The notes: generated by a model not told the origin, from the sequence alone. 32,000 nt of DNA from Croceifilum oryzae (GCF_030814315.1 NZ_JAUSUV010000001.1:268813-300812), one strand, 5' to 3'. Positions 17,555-31,239 are shown, counted from the first letter of the stretch. Made by a program: numbers and translations.

Positions 17555-18151
17555 ATGGGCGTCCTCATATGCTTGGACCCAGGTCATGGTGGGACAGACA
17601 GTGGGATGGTGGGCTCCATGTTTTTAGAGAAGGACGTATGCCTAGATTTAGCTCATCGGATTGAGAGAGAGCTACAGAAATTTGAAGGCATCGATGTCAC
17701 TCTCACTCGTCGATATGATGTTGACTTGACGAATAACGAGAGAGCTGGTTGGGCTAACCAGAGGAAGGCTGATTTATTTGTAAGCCTGCATGCGGATGGG
17801 ATGTTAGACCGAGATCAAAGTGGATTTAGTACGTATGTGAGTGTGATTGCGGGGTCAAAAGTTCGTAGAGTACAGTGCTTTTTGCATAATCAAGTTACTC
17901 GTTTTTTACGTAGGTTTGGAATATGTGATTTGGGAAAGCGGAATGATACGGAATCAAAAGGTGGACAGATTATTGAATTGCGTAGTGCTGATATGCCAGC
18001 GATTACGTTAGCGCTATCTTCTTTGCCAAAGGGGCAAAATGATGAACTATTTAGTGATTTATCTTTTCGAGATCAGTATGCTAAATGTATTGCATGTGGT
18101 TTGGCAAGTATTTATGAATGTCAGACGAAGGATTCACTCGATTCTTTTTAA
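17555..18151 (+). CDS. N-acetylmuramoyl-L-alanine amidase family 3 homologue, no signal peptide or wall-binding domain
   Basis: LDPGHGGTDSG, LEKDV and ADLFVSLHADG match the Amidase_3 Zn-ligand motifs. AGGTGG lies 8 nt upstream of ATG 17555; the track ORF starts at GTG 17543. Confidence 0.8.
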   Translation: MGVLICLDPGHGGTDSGMVGSMFLEKDVCLDLAHRIERELQKFEGIDVTLTRRYDVDLTNNERAGWANQRKADLFVSLHADGMLDRDQSGFSTYVSVIAGSKVRRVQCFLHNQVTRFLRRFGICDLGKRNDTESKGGQIIELRSADMPAITLALSSLPKGQNDELFSDLSFRDQYAKCIACGLASIYECQTKDSLDSF

Positions 18152-18170
18152 TGGACTTATACTATTTTTT

Positions 18171-18226
18171 GCACAGACTCACTCTTATTTCCTTACAGGA
18201 AGAGTGAGTCTGTGCTTTTATTTTTC
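18171..18226 (+). terminator. Rho-independent terminator after the amidase gene
   Basis: Perfect 16-bp stem gcacagactcactctt (18171-18186) with aagagtgagtctgtgc (18200-18215), followed by ttttattttt. Confidence 0.85.
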
Positions 18227-18311
18227 TACCATTTGTTACACAATCAAGGGGAGTGCGCGATTGGCTATTTATGGTACTATAGAATAGTAAGACGAAGGGA
18301 GAGGGAAGAGT

Positions 18312-18743
18312 ATGAAAAAGGGTTATGTCCTATTAGAAGATGGTAACAAATTGGAGCTGGAATTTTATGATGAAGCAGCTCCGAATACAGTAGCTAACTT
18401 TGAAAAGTTGGCAAATGAAGGTTTTTATGACGGGCTTAACTTCCATCGTGTCATTAAAGGCTTTGTTTCTCAAGGAGGCTGTCCACAAGGTACAGGAGTT
18501 GGCTCAGCTGGCTACCAAATCAAATGTGAAACAGCAGGAAATCCACATAAACACGTAGCAGGTGCTTTATCCATGGCTCACGCAGGAAAAGACACAGGCT
18601 CTTGTCAATTCTTTGTCGTTCATGAACCACAACCTCATCTAGACGGTGTACATACTGTGTTCGGCCAAGTTACCAGCGGACTCGAGCACGCACAAAACAT
18701 GAGACAAGGCGAAGGCATTAAAGAAATCCGTGTACAAGGATAG
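18312..18743 (+). CDS. ppiB: Peptidyl-prolyl cis-trans isomerase, cyclophilin type
   Basis: 143 aa with [15 protein letters not shown] and [28 protein letters not shown] upstream. Confidence 0.95.
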   Translation: MKKGYVLLEDGNKLELEFYDEAAPNTVANFEKLANEGFYDGLNFHRVIKGFVSQGGCPQGTGVGSAGYQIKCETAGNPHKHVAGALSMAHAGKDTGSCQFFVVHEPQPHLDGVHTVFGQVTSGLEHAQNMRQGEGIKEIRVQG

Positions 18744-18748
18744 TAAAA

Positions 18749-18796
18749 AGAGAAGCTAAGGGCGATCATATCACGCCCTTAGCTTCTCTTTTTTGC
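18749..18796 (+). terminator. Rho-independent terminator after ppiB
   Basis: Perfect 16-bp stem agagaagctaagggcg (18749-18764) with cgcccttagcttctct (18774-18789), followed by a T-run. Confidence 0.85.
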
Positions 18797-19047
18797 TCCA
18801 ATATTTGGCTTGAAAGCGTCGATAATTGAACCTATTATCATATTTCTAAATCGATCGCAACTATGTTAAGATAAAGTTGGAAATACTAACAGAGAAGATG
18901 GTTTTTGAAAATGGAACCAACACTACCTGGTTCTTTTTTTCATGGCGGTAAATTATATAGGAAAAAGGTATTTTTGTATTTCTGTTGAATTTATGCTTTG
19001 AAAAATAAAAGAAAAAATTGTTTCCTTCTACTCTGAGGAGGTTACCC

Positions 19048-19362
19048 ATGCAATTGAATAAGTTAAAACAAAGAGAACTTGAGCAACTCTTTCATGCCGT
19101 TTTAAAACTAGAGACGATGGAAGAATGTTATCGCCTGTTTAATGATCTGTGTACAGTTGGAGAAGTGAAATCGATCGCTCAACGATTAGAAGTAGCGAGA
19201 ATGCTAGAAGAAGGCTGTACGTATAACCAGATTGAATCAGAGACAGGAGCAAGTACTGCTACGATCTCACGTGTAAAGCGCTGTCTCCATTATGGAACAG
19301 AAGGCTATCAGTTGGCGCTAGAACGCCTTCGTGAAGATGGCTTATTAAAGAAAGAGGATTAA
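19048..19362 (+). CDS. yerC: YerC/YecD-family TrpR-like DNA-binding protein
   Basis: 104 aa from ATG 19048 (GAGGAGG 7 nt upstream). The pattern ELEQLF..C..GE..S.AQRLEVARML..G.TY..I...TGASTATISRVKRCL.YG..GY matches B. subtilis YerC. It sits upstream of pcrB-pcrA-ligA, as in Bacillus. Confidence 0.9.
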   Translation: MQLNKLKQRELEQLFHAVLKLETMEECYRLFNDLCTVGEVKSIAQRLEVARMLEEGCTYNQIESETGASTATISRVKRCLHYGTEGYQLALERLREDGLLKKED

Positions 19363-19376
19363 CGAAATAGGTTAGG

Positions 19377-19404
19377 GGTCCCGCTTTTTTTGGCGGGGCT
19401 TTTC
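19377..19404 (+). terminator. Terminator after yerC
   Basis: ggtcccgc-T7g-gcggggct followed by tttc. Confidence 0.55.
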
Positions 19405-19449
19405 TTGTGATGGTATAATATGGGATAAGACGATGGCGGTGGTCATGAT

Positions 19450-20157
19450 ATGTTAGTAGAGCGGATGCAAACGTGGCGTCATGTATTTAAGCTAGATCCC
19501 AATCGTCCGATTGAAGAAGGGATGATTATTCGCTTGCTACAATCGGGTACGGATGCGATTATCGTTGGTGGAACGGATGGCATTACCTATCAAAACACAC
19601 ATGATTTAATGAGACGGGTCAAACAAACCTCACTTCCGTGCGTACAAGAAATTTCAAATGCGAAAGCCGTGGTTCCTGGATTCGATGGATTTTGTATCCC
19701 GGTTGTATTGAATACAAACGATACCGAATGGTTGATCGGGGCTCATCAAAAAACCATGAAGGAATTTGGTGAGTGGATACCGTGGAATCAAGTAGCAGTA
19801 GAAGGATATGTCGTACTAAATCCCGAAGCAAAAGTAGCACAACTAACTGGAGCACAGACGTCGTTAACGCATGACGATATTTTGGCATATGCGCAGATCG
19901 CGGAGCACCTATTTCGCCTTCCTTTTTTTTATCTAGAATATAGTGGGGTGTACGGAGATGCCCGGGTGGTACAAGCTACCGCTCAGAAGCTTAAGAATAC
20001 GAAGCTCATCTATGGGGGCGGGATTCGCTTAGAAAATCAAGCGAGAGAAATGGCGCAGTTTGCCGATATCGTAGTGGTGGGGAATCTCATTTATGATGAT
20101 ATAGAAGTAGCACTTCAAACGGTATCGTGGGTTAAAGAGACGAAACGGATTCGATAA
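19450..20157 (+). CDS. pcrB: Heptaprenylglyceryl phosphate synthase (PcrB family)
   Basis: [19 protein letters not shown] and IYGGGIR match PcrB/GGGP-synthase motifs. Located directly upstream of pcrA. Confidence 0.9.
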   Translation: MLVERMQTWRHVFKLDPNRPIEEGMIIRLLQSGTDAIIVGGTDGITYQNTHDLMRRVKQTSLPCVQEISNAKAVVPGFDGFCIPVVLNTNDTEWLIGAHQKTMKEFGEWIPWNQVAVEGYVVLNPEAKVAQLTGAQTSLTHDDILAYAQIAEHLFRLPFFYLEYSGVYGDARVVQATAQKLKNTKLIYGGGIRLENQAREMAQFADIVVVGNLIYDDIEVALQTVSWVKETKRIR

Positions 20158-20204
20158 GGGGAAGGGGGCAGCGTTTACTGATTCGTGGTAGGCGCGATCA
20201 TGAT

Positions 20205-24430
<4,226 letters not shown>

Positions 24431-24556
24431 AGTAGAAAAATATCAAAAATATTTATTAACTATATATATCTATTATGGTGTATGATAGTAATGCTTTAAA
24501 ATGGAATTTGAAATCGAAAATTGGTTGGATCATTGGTTGTCAATTTATTATTTTAA

Positions 24557-24588
24557 GGGAATTGCCAAACGGTAATTCTCTTTTTTTC
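24557..24588 (+). terminator. Terminator downstream of ligA; it lies at the start of the duplicated unit
   Basis: gggaattgcc-aaac-ggtaattctc followed by T7. Confidence 0.55.
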
Positions 24589-24640
24589 TTGAATAGAAGT
24601 ATCGTTAATGTTAGATGAAAAGATAAAGGGTGAGGTATGG

Positions 24641-25891
24641 TTGAGGAAATTTGCAATCATGTTAGGTTTTTGTTTACTAGGTAGCACCTTAACTTCGTGT
24701 GCGTTACCAATCGCAATATCCAACTATATAAATTCAACTGAACATGAATCAGATGGTAGTAAGAAGATTGAATATACGGATGAGGCGAAAAAGAATGGAT
24801 TTACATTGGAAAAACCGACAACGGGGAAAGTCATAGGGAAAGAGGAGTTCTTAGTTCAAGGATCTCTTGCGGAATCAAAAGCAGGAGATAAAATATCTGT
24901 TTGGGTTTCAAAAGATGGTCTATCTGGGGAAAAAAAAGTTGCGATAAAGGATAAAAAGTTTCATGAAGCCATTCCTCTTTACTATGGTAAGGGGAGTCAT
25001 CAGGTGGAAATCATGATGGAAACCAATGGTTACAACGTAACTGTTGCCAAATTTACAGTAGATAATACTTCCGATGTGCAACAAACACCTATAAAATATA
25101 GTAAGCCTTATAAAGCAAATGGGATTACACTCGATCAACCCATTGCAGGTGGGAAAACCTATGATGGCAAAGTACTATTACAGGGAACGGTTGCACCTCC
25201 TTCCAAGGATGCAAAACCGGTAAAATATCTGGTTGTTCATGCAGAAAAAGACAAAGACACATCGATGTACTATCTTCCAGTCGAGAATCAAAAATTCTCC
25301 CAATGGATTCCATTGCGATTTGGAGCTGGGGAGTATGTAGTAGGTCTCTCGTTAGATGAGGGCGGCGAGTATTTTACTCCTCTTGTAGACATAGACGTGA
25401 AAAACTCAGTAACGGCTGATTTACGTGACTTATTACCTGGAAGCGGTATTGAGTCTGATAATCCTGAAATCATTTCTCTGAGTAAAAAAATTACGACCAA
25501 CACGAACTCACCGATGGAAAAAGCACGAGCGATCTATAAGCACGTTGCGACAAATGTATCTTACGATCTGAAAAAGAAAGATAACTATTGGGATGATGGT
25601 GCATTAAAGACGTTACGAGAGGGTAAAGGAATATGCCATGATTATACCCTTACCACGATTGCCCTTCTGCGTGCGAGTGAAATTCCTGCGCGATATATCG
25701 GGGGCGATGCAGGGGAACCTCATGCTTGGGTAGAAGCAAAGATTGGGGATAAGTGGATTACGATGGATCCAACATGGGGTTCAGGCTATTCGGTTGGAAA
25801 GAAATTTGTAAAGGCATATGACCCATCCTATTTTAATCCAAACCCCGCTTCTTTTAAGAAGACTCATAAGAAACCTGAAGTTATTTACTAA
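24641..25891 (+). CDS. Lipoprotein with two N-terminal repeat domains and a C-terminal transglutaminase-like cysteine protease domain (paralogue 1)
   Basis: Lipobox LTSC. Cys-His-Asp core: GKGICHDY, EPHAWVE, ITMDPTWG. TTG 24641 aligns with the start and RBS of paralogue 2; the track ORF begins at 24608. Confidence 0.85.
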   Translation: MRKFAIMLGFCLLGSTLTSCALPIAISNYINSTEHESDGSKKIEYTDEAKKNGFTLEKPTTGKVIGKEEFLVQGSLAESKAGDKISVWVSKDGLSGEKKVAIKDKKFHEAIPLYYGKGSHQVEIMMETNGYNVTVAKFTVDNTSDVQQTPIKYSKPYKANGITLDQPIAGGKTYDGKVLLQGTVAPPSKDAKPVKYLVVHAEKDKDTSMYYLPVENQKFSQWIPLRFGAGEYVVGLSLDEGGEYFTPLVDIDVKNSVTADLRDLLPGSGIESDNPEIISLSKKITTNTNSPMEKARAIYKHVATNVSYDLKKKDNYWDDGALKTLREGKGICHDYTLTTIALLRASEIPARYIGGDAGEPHAWVEAKIGDKWITMDPTWGSGYSVGKKFVKAYDPSYFNPNPASFKKTHKKPEVIY

Positions 25892-25990
25892 AATCGATTA
25901 ATCAAAGAATAAAGGGGTAAGAGGAGAGGGACACCGTAATGGTAATTCCTCTTTTTTACTAGAGCTGAGAAGATAAAGGGTGAGGTATAG

Positions 25991-27247
25991 TTGAGAAAAC
26001 TTGCAATCATGTTAGGTTTTTGTTTACTAGGTAGCACCTTAACTTCGTGTGCGCTACCAAATGCAATATCCAATTTTGTGGATTCAATTGAACATGAAAC
26101 AGGCGGAAGTAAGAAGATTGAATACACAGATGAGGCGAAAAAGAGTGGGTTTCTATTAGAACAACCGACAACGGGAGCAGGTATAGGGAAAGATGAGTTT
26201 CTCATTCAAGGATCTATTGCAGAAACAAAAGCAGGGGATCAATTATTAGTCCGGATTTCCAAAGAGGGTCAGGTTGGGGAGAAGGTTATTTCCATTAAGG
26301 ATAAAAAATTTCGTCAACCAGTGCCCCTATTCTATGGGAAGGGGAAGCACGAGGTTGAAATCTTAATTCCTGATCCTTCTAAGAAAAACTATTATTTCTC
26401 CGCAGCTCGATTTACTGTAGAAAATACCTCTTCTATACAACAAGTCCCGATGAGATACAATCCTAGCTTTTATAAAGAGTATGGGGTTACATTAGAGCAA
26501 CCCATTGCAGGTGGGAAAATCTATGATGGCAAAGTGCTCTTGCAAGGATCTGTAGAGCCTCCTTCCAAAGATACGAAACCAGTAAAGTATCTCGTTGTTC
26601 GTGCGGATAAAGGAGAAGACAAATCAAATTATTACATTCCAGTCAAAGATCAAAAGTTTTCTCAATGGATCCCGTTGCGATTTGGAGCTGGAGATTATAA
26701 AGTGCAACTTACTGTAGGAGACTTGCATTATTCCCCTGTTGTAAGTTTTGAAGTAAAGAATTCAGTAACGGCTGATTTACGTGACTTGTTACCAGGAAGC
26801 GGTATGGAGTCTGATAATCCTGAGATCATCTCTCTGAGTAAACAAATCACAGCCAACGCGAGTTCGCCAATGGAGAAAGCGCGAGCGATCTATAAGCATG
26901 TTGCTACGAATGTATCCTATGATTTGAAAAAGAAAGATAACTATTGGGATGATGGTGCCATCAAGACGTTACGAGAGGGTAAAGGCATATGCCATGATTA
27001 TGCCCTTACGACGATTGCTCTGCTCCGTGCCAGTGAAATTCCTGCCCGATATATTGGAGGCAATGCAGGGGAGCCTCATGCTTGGGTTGAGGCGAAAATT
27101 GGTGATAAGTGGATTACGATGGATCCGACGTGGGGTTCAGGCTATTCGGTTGGAAAGAAATTTGTAAAAGCGTATGACCCATCCTATTTTAATCCAAACC
27201 CCGCTTCTTTTAATAAGACTCATAAGAAATCTGAAGTTATTTACTAA
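25991..27247 (+). CDS. Lipoprotein with two N-terminal repeat domains and a C-terminal transglutaminase-like domain (paralogue 2)
   Basis: Same lipobox and the same Cys-His-Asp motifs. The C-terminal ~165 aa are about 94% identical to paralogue 1; the N-terminal region is about 60-65% identical. Confidence 0.85.
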   Translation: MRKLAIMLGFCLLGSTLTSCALPNAISNFVDSIEHETGGSKKIEYTDEAKKSGFLLEQPTTGAGIGKDEFLIQGSIAETKAGDQLLVRISKEGQVGEKVISIKDKKFRQPVPLFYGKGKHEVEILIPDPSKKNYYFSAARFTVENTSSIQQVPMRYNPSFYKEYGVTLEQPIAGGKIYDGKVLLQGSVEPPSKDTKPVKYLVVRADKGEDKSNYYIPVKDQKFSQWIPLRFGAGDYKVQLTVGDLHYSPVVSFEVKNSVTADLRDLLPGSGMESDNPEIISLSKQITANASSPMEKARAIYKHVATNVSYDLKKKDNYWDDGAIKTLREGKGICHDYALTTIALLRASEIPARYIGGNAGEPHAWVEAKIGDKWITMDPTWGSGYSVGKKFVKAYDPSYFNPNPASFNKTHKKSEVIY

Positions 27248-27492
27248 AAATGATCAACTGTATTCATACCATTCATCAAGGATTGGTGTGAATATGGTTT
27301 TTTTGTATTAACAGACTTTGGAATATAACAAAGAAGTAAGGATGTTGTAAGATAAAACGATAGAACAGATAGTTGGTTTCTTTTAGGATAGAGTAGAGAT
27401 TCTTTATATAACGAGGATTTCGTGCGTTCTACCCATTCCTTTGGTATACTACACGAGTTGACGGATATCGTCATATTCGGAGGTGTACTAGG

Positions 27493-28416
27493 ATGTCTAA
27501 GACGACCCTATTTCAACATGTTGTCACTCCTGAAGAAGATGGGGAGTTGCTCGAAACCGTTTTACGAAAGCAATTTCGGTTTTCGAGGCGGATGATGCGT
27601 GTTCTTAAGCATGAGAAGCGAGTTTGGGTAAATGGAGAATGGACTTTCTTTCGAAGTCGGGTGAAAGAGATGGACCTGATTCGAATTGAATTGAATATTG
27701 CGGAAGACGTGGAGTATATTTCTCCTGAAGAGGTTCCTTTTACAGTGGTCGATGAAGATGAGGATCTGATCGTGGTAAATAAGCCACCAAATACAGTCGT
27801 TCATCCTACTGGCTCTCATCAACACGGAACACTTGCAAATGGGTTAATTTATTATTGGCAACAGCGGGGAGAAAATCATAAGATCCGTCCGGTTACGCGA
27901 TTAGATAAAGATACATCTGGCTTGATGGTACTAGCAAAACATGCTTACGGTCATGCCTTTCTAGCAGATCAAATGGCAAAAAAACGATACGAACGAAGTT
28001 ATTTCGCGATCGTTCACGGGAATCTCATTCATGACAGAGGAACGATCGACCTTCCCATTGGAAAAGTTCCGGATGTACCTCTGCTCCGATTTATTGACTT
28101 TAGCGAGGAAGGAAATAGGGCGGTTACCCACTATGAAGTAATCGAACGATTTCCCCATGCTTCTGTCTTGCGTCTATGGCTCGAAACAGGTAGAACCCAT
28201 CAAATTCGGGTTCACCTCTCTTCCATTGGACATCCCATTATCGGAGATGAGCTTTATGGGCACGGAGAGGAAGAGAAGCATCTGATCGGTAGGCAAGCAC
28301 TACATGCGAAGTCGCTTAAAATTTACCATCTGCGAAAAAGGGACTGGGTAGCATGGGAAGCACCGATCCCTGAAGATATGAAGCAATTACTTCATACACT
28401 TCGTAAGGACTCATAA
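27493..28416 (+). CDS. RluA/RluD-family 23S rRNA pseudouridine synthase with an N-terminal S4-like domain
   Basis: VVNKPPNTVVHP, catalytic TRLDKDTSGLMV and GRTHQIRVHL. RBS GGAGGTG upstream. Confidence 0.9.
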   Translation: MSKTTLFQHVVTPEEDGELLETVLRKQFRFSRRMMRVLKHEKRVWVNGEWTFFRSRVKEMDLIRIELNIAEDVEYISPEEVPFTVVDEDEDLIVVNKPPNTVVHPTGSHQHGTLANGLIYYWQQRGENHKIRPVTRLDKDTSGLMVLAKHAYGHAFLADQMAKKRYERSYFAIVHGNLIHDRGTIDLPIGKVPDVPLLRFIDFSEEGNRAVTHYEVIERFPHASVLRLWLETGRTHQIRVHLSSIGHPIIGDELYGHGEEEKHLIGRQALHAKSLKIYHLRKRDWVAWEAPIPEDMKQLLHTLRKDS

Positions 28417-28500
28417 ACGGTACCCTACAGGCAAGTTTTAGGGGATATATAGTCGGGTAAGAGTAGATTGCGATATAATAAAAATTAGTTCTTATTTTCC

Positions 28501-28665
28501 TTATTCTTGTCTCTTAAAATACCAAGACAGGCAAAACCAGAAAGCAGAAAAGAGAATACCATAGAAAAATAGGTCCCATCCGCTCGTAAACCCTAAAAAG
28601 ATAGACAGTAAGATCCCTGCGATTCCTGTAAAACGACATGCAAAAACAGCAGCATTCGTATTCAT
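28501..28665 (-). CDS. Small two-TM membrane protein (54 aa), unknown function
   Basis: Not in the ORF track (under 60 aa). MNTNAAVFACRFTGIAGILLSIFLGFTSGWDLFFYGILFSAFWFCLSWYFKRQE. GAGGTGA lies 7 nt upstream of the ATG. It is divergent from the PBP gene. Confidence 0.45.
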   Translation of the reverse strand: MNTNAAVFACRFTGIAGILLSIFLGFTSGWDLFFYGILFSAFWFCLSWYFKRQE

Positions 28666-28797
28666 ATATTCTTCACCTCATTCCCTATCATAAGTGCTTT
28701 TTAGATGGATAACAAGCCAGTAGGGGGAGGCTAGACGTTGTTTTGCAAGTAAGTTATGGGAGTCGAAGTTGGGAATTTTTCAAGGAGGTTTGAATCT

Positions 28798-31239
28798 ATG
28801 AATCTATTTAGGAGGAGTAAAGACACTAGTCAGAGCTCCAGATCATCGGGATCGGCACCATTGGTTCAATCTCAAACGAAACGTGCCTCGGGCTCTCGTA
28901 TCGCGAGAAGAAAATCAAGTGGTGGAAGCTCGAATGGCAAAACTGGTTTTCAAAAATTGTTTACACTGAAATGGATCGGTATCGTATTTGCTACCGCTAT
29001 GTTACTAGTAGTGGGGATGTATGTCACGATTTCGGCGATGGGTGTAGTATATCCGATTAATAAATTAGATCAGATCTTGGCCTCATCCGTACTCGAAGAT
29101 GCAGACGGGAAAAAGATTCCGGTTAGTGATGACGAGTATCGCGACTATATTTCATTAGATGATATAAAAAAGGTAAACCCACTTTTGCCACAAGCATTTG
29201 TGAAGGTGGAAGATAACCGGTTCTATGAGCATAAAGGTGTCGATTATTGGAGTATGGGTCGTGCGATGGTGACGAACCTCATTGCGATGGAAAAAAGGCA
29301 AGGTGGTAGTACGCTCACGATGCAGGTTGCGGGGAATGTAATCTTAAATGACCGGAAGAAGACATTTTCACGGAAATTGATGGAGATTGGAACCGCATGG
29401 AACTTGGAGTTAGAAGCGGGGAAAGATAAAATCCTCGAAGCGTACCTCAACTATATTAGCTTCGGTGGAAAAGCCCGTGGAATCAAAGCAGCTTCCCTCT
29501 TCTATTTTAATAAAGATATTAGTAAAGATAAATTAGAAGTCGCGGAGATTGCCTATTTAGCAGGATTACCTAAGGCCCCAACCCGATATTGTGGCTTTTG
29601 TGGGAAGGAAAATGCTGAGCGAGGCGAAAAACGTGCACAAACGACTTTATATGTAATGTCGCATGATGATGATGGCGCAAAGCCGATTATTACCACGGAT
29701 CAATACGAAAAAGCAAAGAAGCATAAATTCAAATGGACGACCGATTATCGGGATAAATACTTAGCTGGTAAAAGCTCACAATTAAATTCTGCTTTTATCA
29801 CGCAAGTAAAAGCAGAACTAAAAGAGGACTACGGATATTCAGACGAAGAAGTTGAGAATTTAAGTACACTCGGGCTTCAGATTAAAACCCGTCTAAACCA
29901 AAATGTGCAGAAAGAAACGCAAGAAGCACTCAATAATCTCGACAAAACCAGTTCCCAGCTCCAGGGAGGAACGGTTACGTTAGATAAAGATGGTTATATC
30001 GTTGCCATCGGTGGTGGGAAGAATTATAAACCGGGTGATTTAAATAAAGCATTTAGCGATCCGAAACAACCGGGTTCATCGATTAAGCCGTTAACGGTAT
30101 TTGCTCCTGCGATGGATTTAAACAAGGATAAAGTGAATCCGTATACGACCGTAGAAGACCGTAAACAGGATTTCGGCGGTGGATACTCTCCAGATAATGC
30201 AGATGGACGAGAGCATGGTACGGTTCCCCTACAAGAAGTGGCTAAGAAGTCTTATAACTTAGGGACACTAGACACCTTACAAAAATACGTGGGAGTTAGT
30301 AAAGCGTTCCAATATACGGAAAAATTGGAGCTAGGACTCGACCCCAAAACGGATAAAAATATGGGTGCTCTCGGCTTAGGCGGCGTTGGTAAAGGGGTAA
30401 CTCCTTTACAAATGGCTCAAGCTTACACCGCATTCCCTAACAATGGAGTTATGAAGCATGCGCGGACGATTGTGGAAGTCCAAGAGCCTGCGGATGGGAA
30501 GCTAAAAAAGAAACCATTAGAAGATAAGGCGAAAAAGAGGTTGGAAGATAAAAAGATTTATGAACCTCAAGCGGCTTACTATACTCATAAGATGCTACAA
30601 GAAGTAGTGAAATCTGGAACAGCAACGGGTGTGAAATCAGGGAATCAGCCTGTTGCCGGTAAGACAGGTACAACCAACGAAAACAAAGTAGCTTGGTTTG
30701 TCGGCTATACACCGCGCTATGTAACGGCGGTTATGGTATATAACACGAAGCCTGAGAAGAAAGTAACTGCTTTATCAGGTGGTAGAGTTCCGGTTAGCGT
30801 ATTTAACGACATTATTCAAGCGGCAGAAAAAGGTCAAAAGGCTCTTGAATTTACCCGCCCAGATGGAGTAAAAGATCCAGACCCACCATTTGAGCTGAGC
30901 AAGGTGAATTTGACTGGTAACTTTGATTCTGTTAAGAATGAAGCCATTCTGAATTGGTCTGTACCGCAAGATATGCAAACGCCTCGTGTTCGCTATGAGA
31001 TCTATCGTATAGACGGTGGAGAGAAGAAAGTCCAAGATGCTGCCTTTAGTGATACCTCGATTCGAGTCCCATTAGACGGGGAGTCAGGTAACAGCTTCCA
31101 GTTTAAAGTAAAGGTGATTGATGGAGAGACAGGGCAGTCAGTAGATTCTAATACAGTTACTGTGACCCCATCTGGATCAGGAGAACAGAAAGAAAGCAAG
31201 AAAGACAAGGGTTTCTTTGACTGGCTAACTGATTGGTAG
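28798..31239 (+). CDS. Class A penicillin-binding protein (GT51 glycosyltransferase plus transpeptidase) with a C-terminal FN3-like domain
   Basis: GT51 motifs EDNRFYEHKGVD, GGSTLTMQV, RKLMEI. Transpeptidase motifs SSIK, SYN, KTGTT. AAGGAGG lies 9 nt upstream of ATG 28798; the track ORF starts at 28756. The cytoplasmic tail is Ser/Arg-rich and is followed by one TM. Confidence 0.92.
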   Translation: MNLFRRSKDTSQSSRSSGSAPLVQSQTKRASGSRIARRKSSGGSSNGKTGFQKLFTLKWIGIVFATAMLLVVGMYVTISAMGVVYPINKLDQILASSVLEDADGKKIPVSDDEYRDYISLDDIKKVNPLLPQAFVKVEDNRFYEHKGVDYWSMGRAMVTNLIAMEKRQGGSTLTMQVAGNVILNDRKKTFSRKLMEIGTAWNLELEAGKDKILEAYLNYISFGGKARGIKAASLFYFNKDISKDKLEVAEIAYLAGLPKAPTRYCGFCGKENAERGEKRAQTTLYVMSHDDDGAKPIITTDQYEKAKKHKFKWTTDYRDKYLAGKSSQLNSAFITQVKAELKEDYGYSDEEVENLSTLGLQIKTRLNQNVQKETQEALNNLDKTSSQLQGGTVTLDKDGYIVAIGGGKNYKPGDLNKAFSDPKQPGSSIKPLTVFAPAMDLNKDKVNPYTTVEDRKQDFGGGYSPDNADGREHGTVPLQEVAKKSYNLGTLDTLQKYVGVSKAFQYTEKLELGLDPKTDKNMGALGLGGVGKGVTPLQMAQAYTAFPNNGVMKHARTIVEVQEPADGKLKKKPLEDKAKKRLEDKKIYEPQAAYYTHKMLQEVVKSGTATGVKSGNQPVAGKTGTTNENKVAWFVGYTPRYVTAVMVYNTKPEKKVTALSGGRVPVSVFNDIIQAAEKGQKALEFTRPDGVKDPDPPFELSKVNLTGNFDSVKNEAILNWSVPQDMQTPRVRYEIYRIDGGEKKVQDAAFSDTSIRVPLDGESGNSFQFKVKVIDGETGQSVDSNTVTVTPSGSGEQKESKKDKGFFDWLTDW

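Larger units (their letters stand above)
24571..27262 (+). repeat. Tandem duplication of a ~1.35-kb gene unit (24571-~25905 and 25941-~27262)
   Basis: The two units align from ggtaattc(c)tcttttt, through the RBS aaagggtgagg and the whole CDS, to about 15 nt past the stop. Identity is patchy: the ends are near-identical and the middle has diverged. Confidence 0.85.

Noticed and set aside
18861-19049. 62-aa minus-strand ORF between ppiB and yerC
   Set aside because: It is antisense to the yerC RBS and start, has no RBS and has an AT-rich junk composition.
24571-27262. Diversity-generating retroelement or phase-variation system acting on the tandem lipoprotein genes
   Set aside because: No reverse transcriptase, template repeat, invertase or simple-sequence tract is present. 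Differences between the copies are not restricted to adenine positions.
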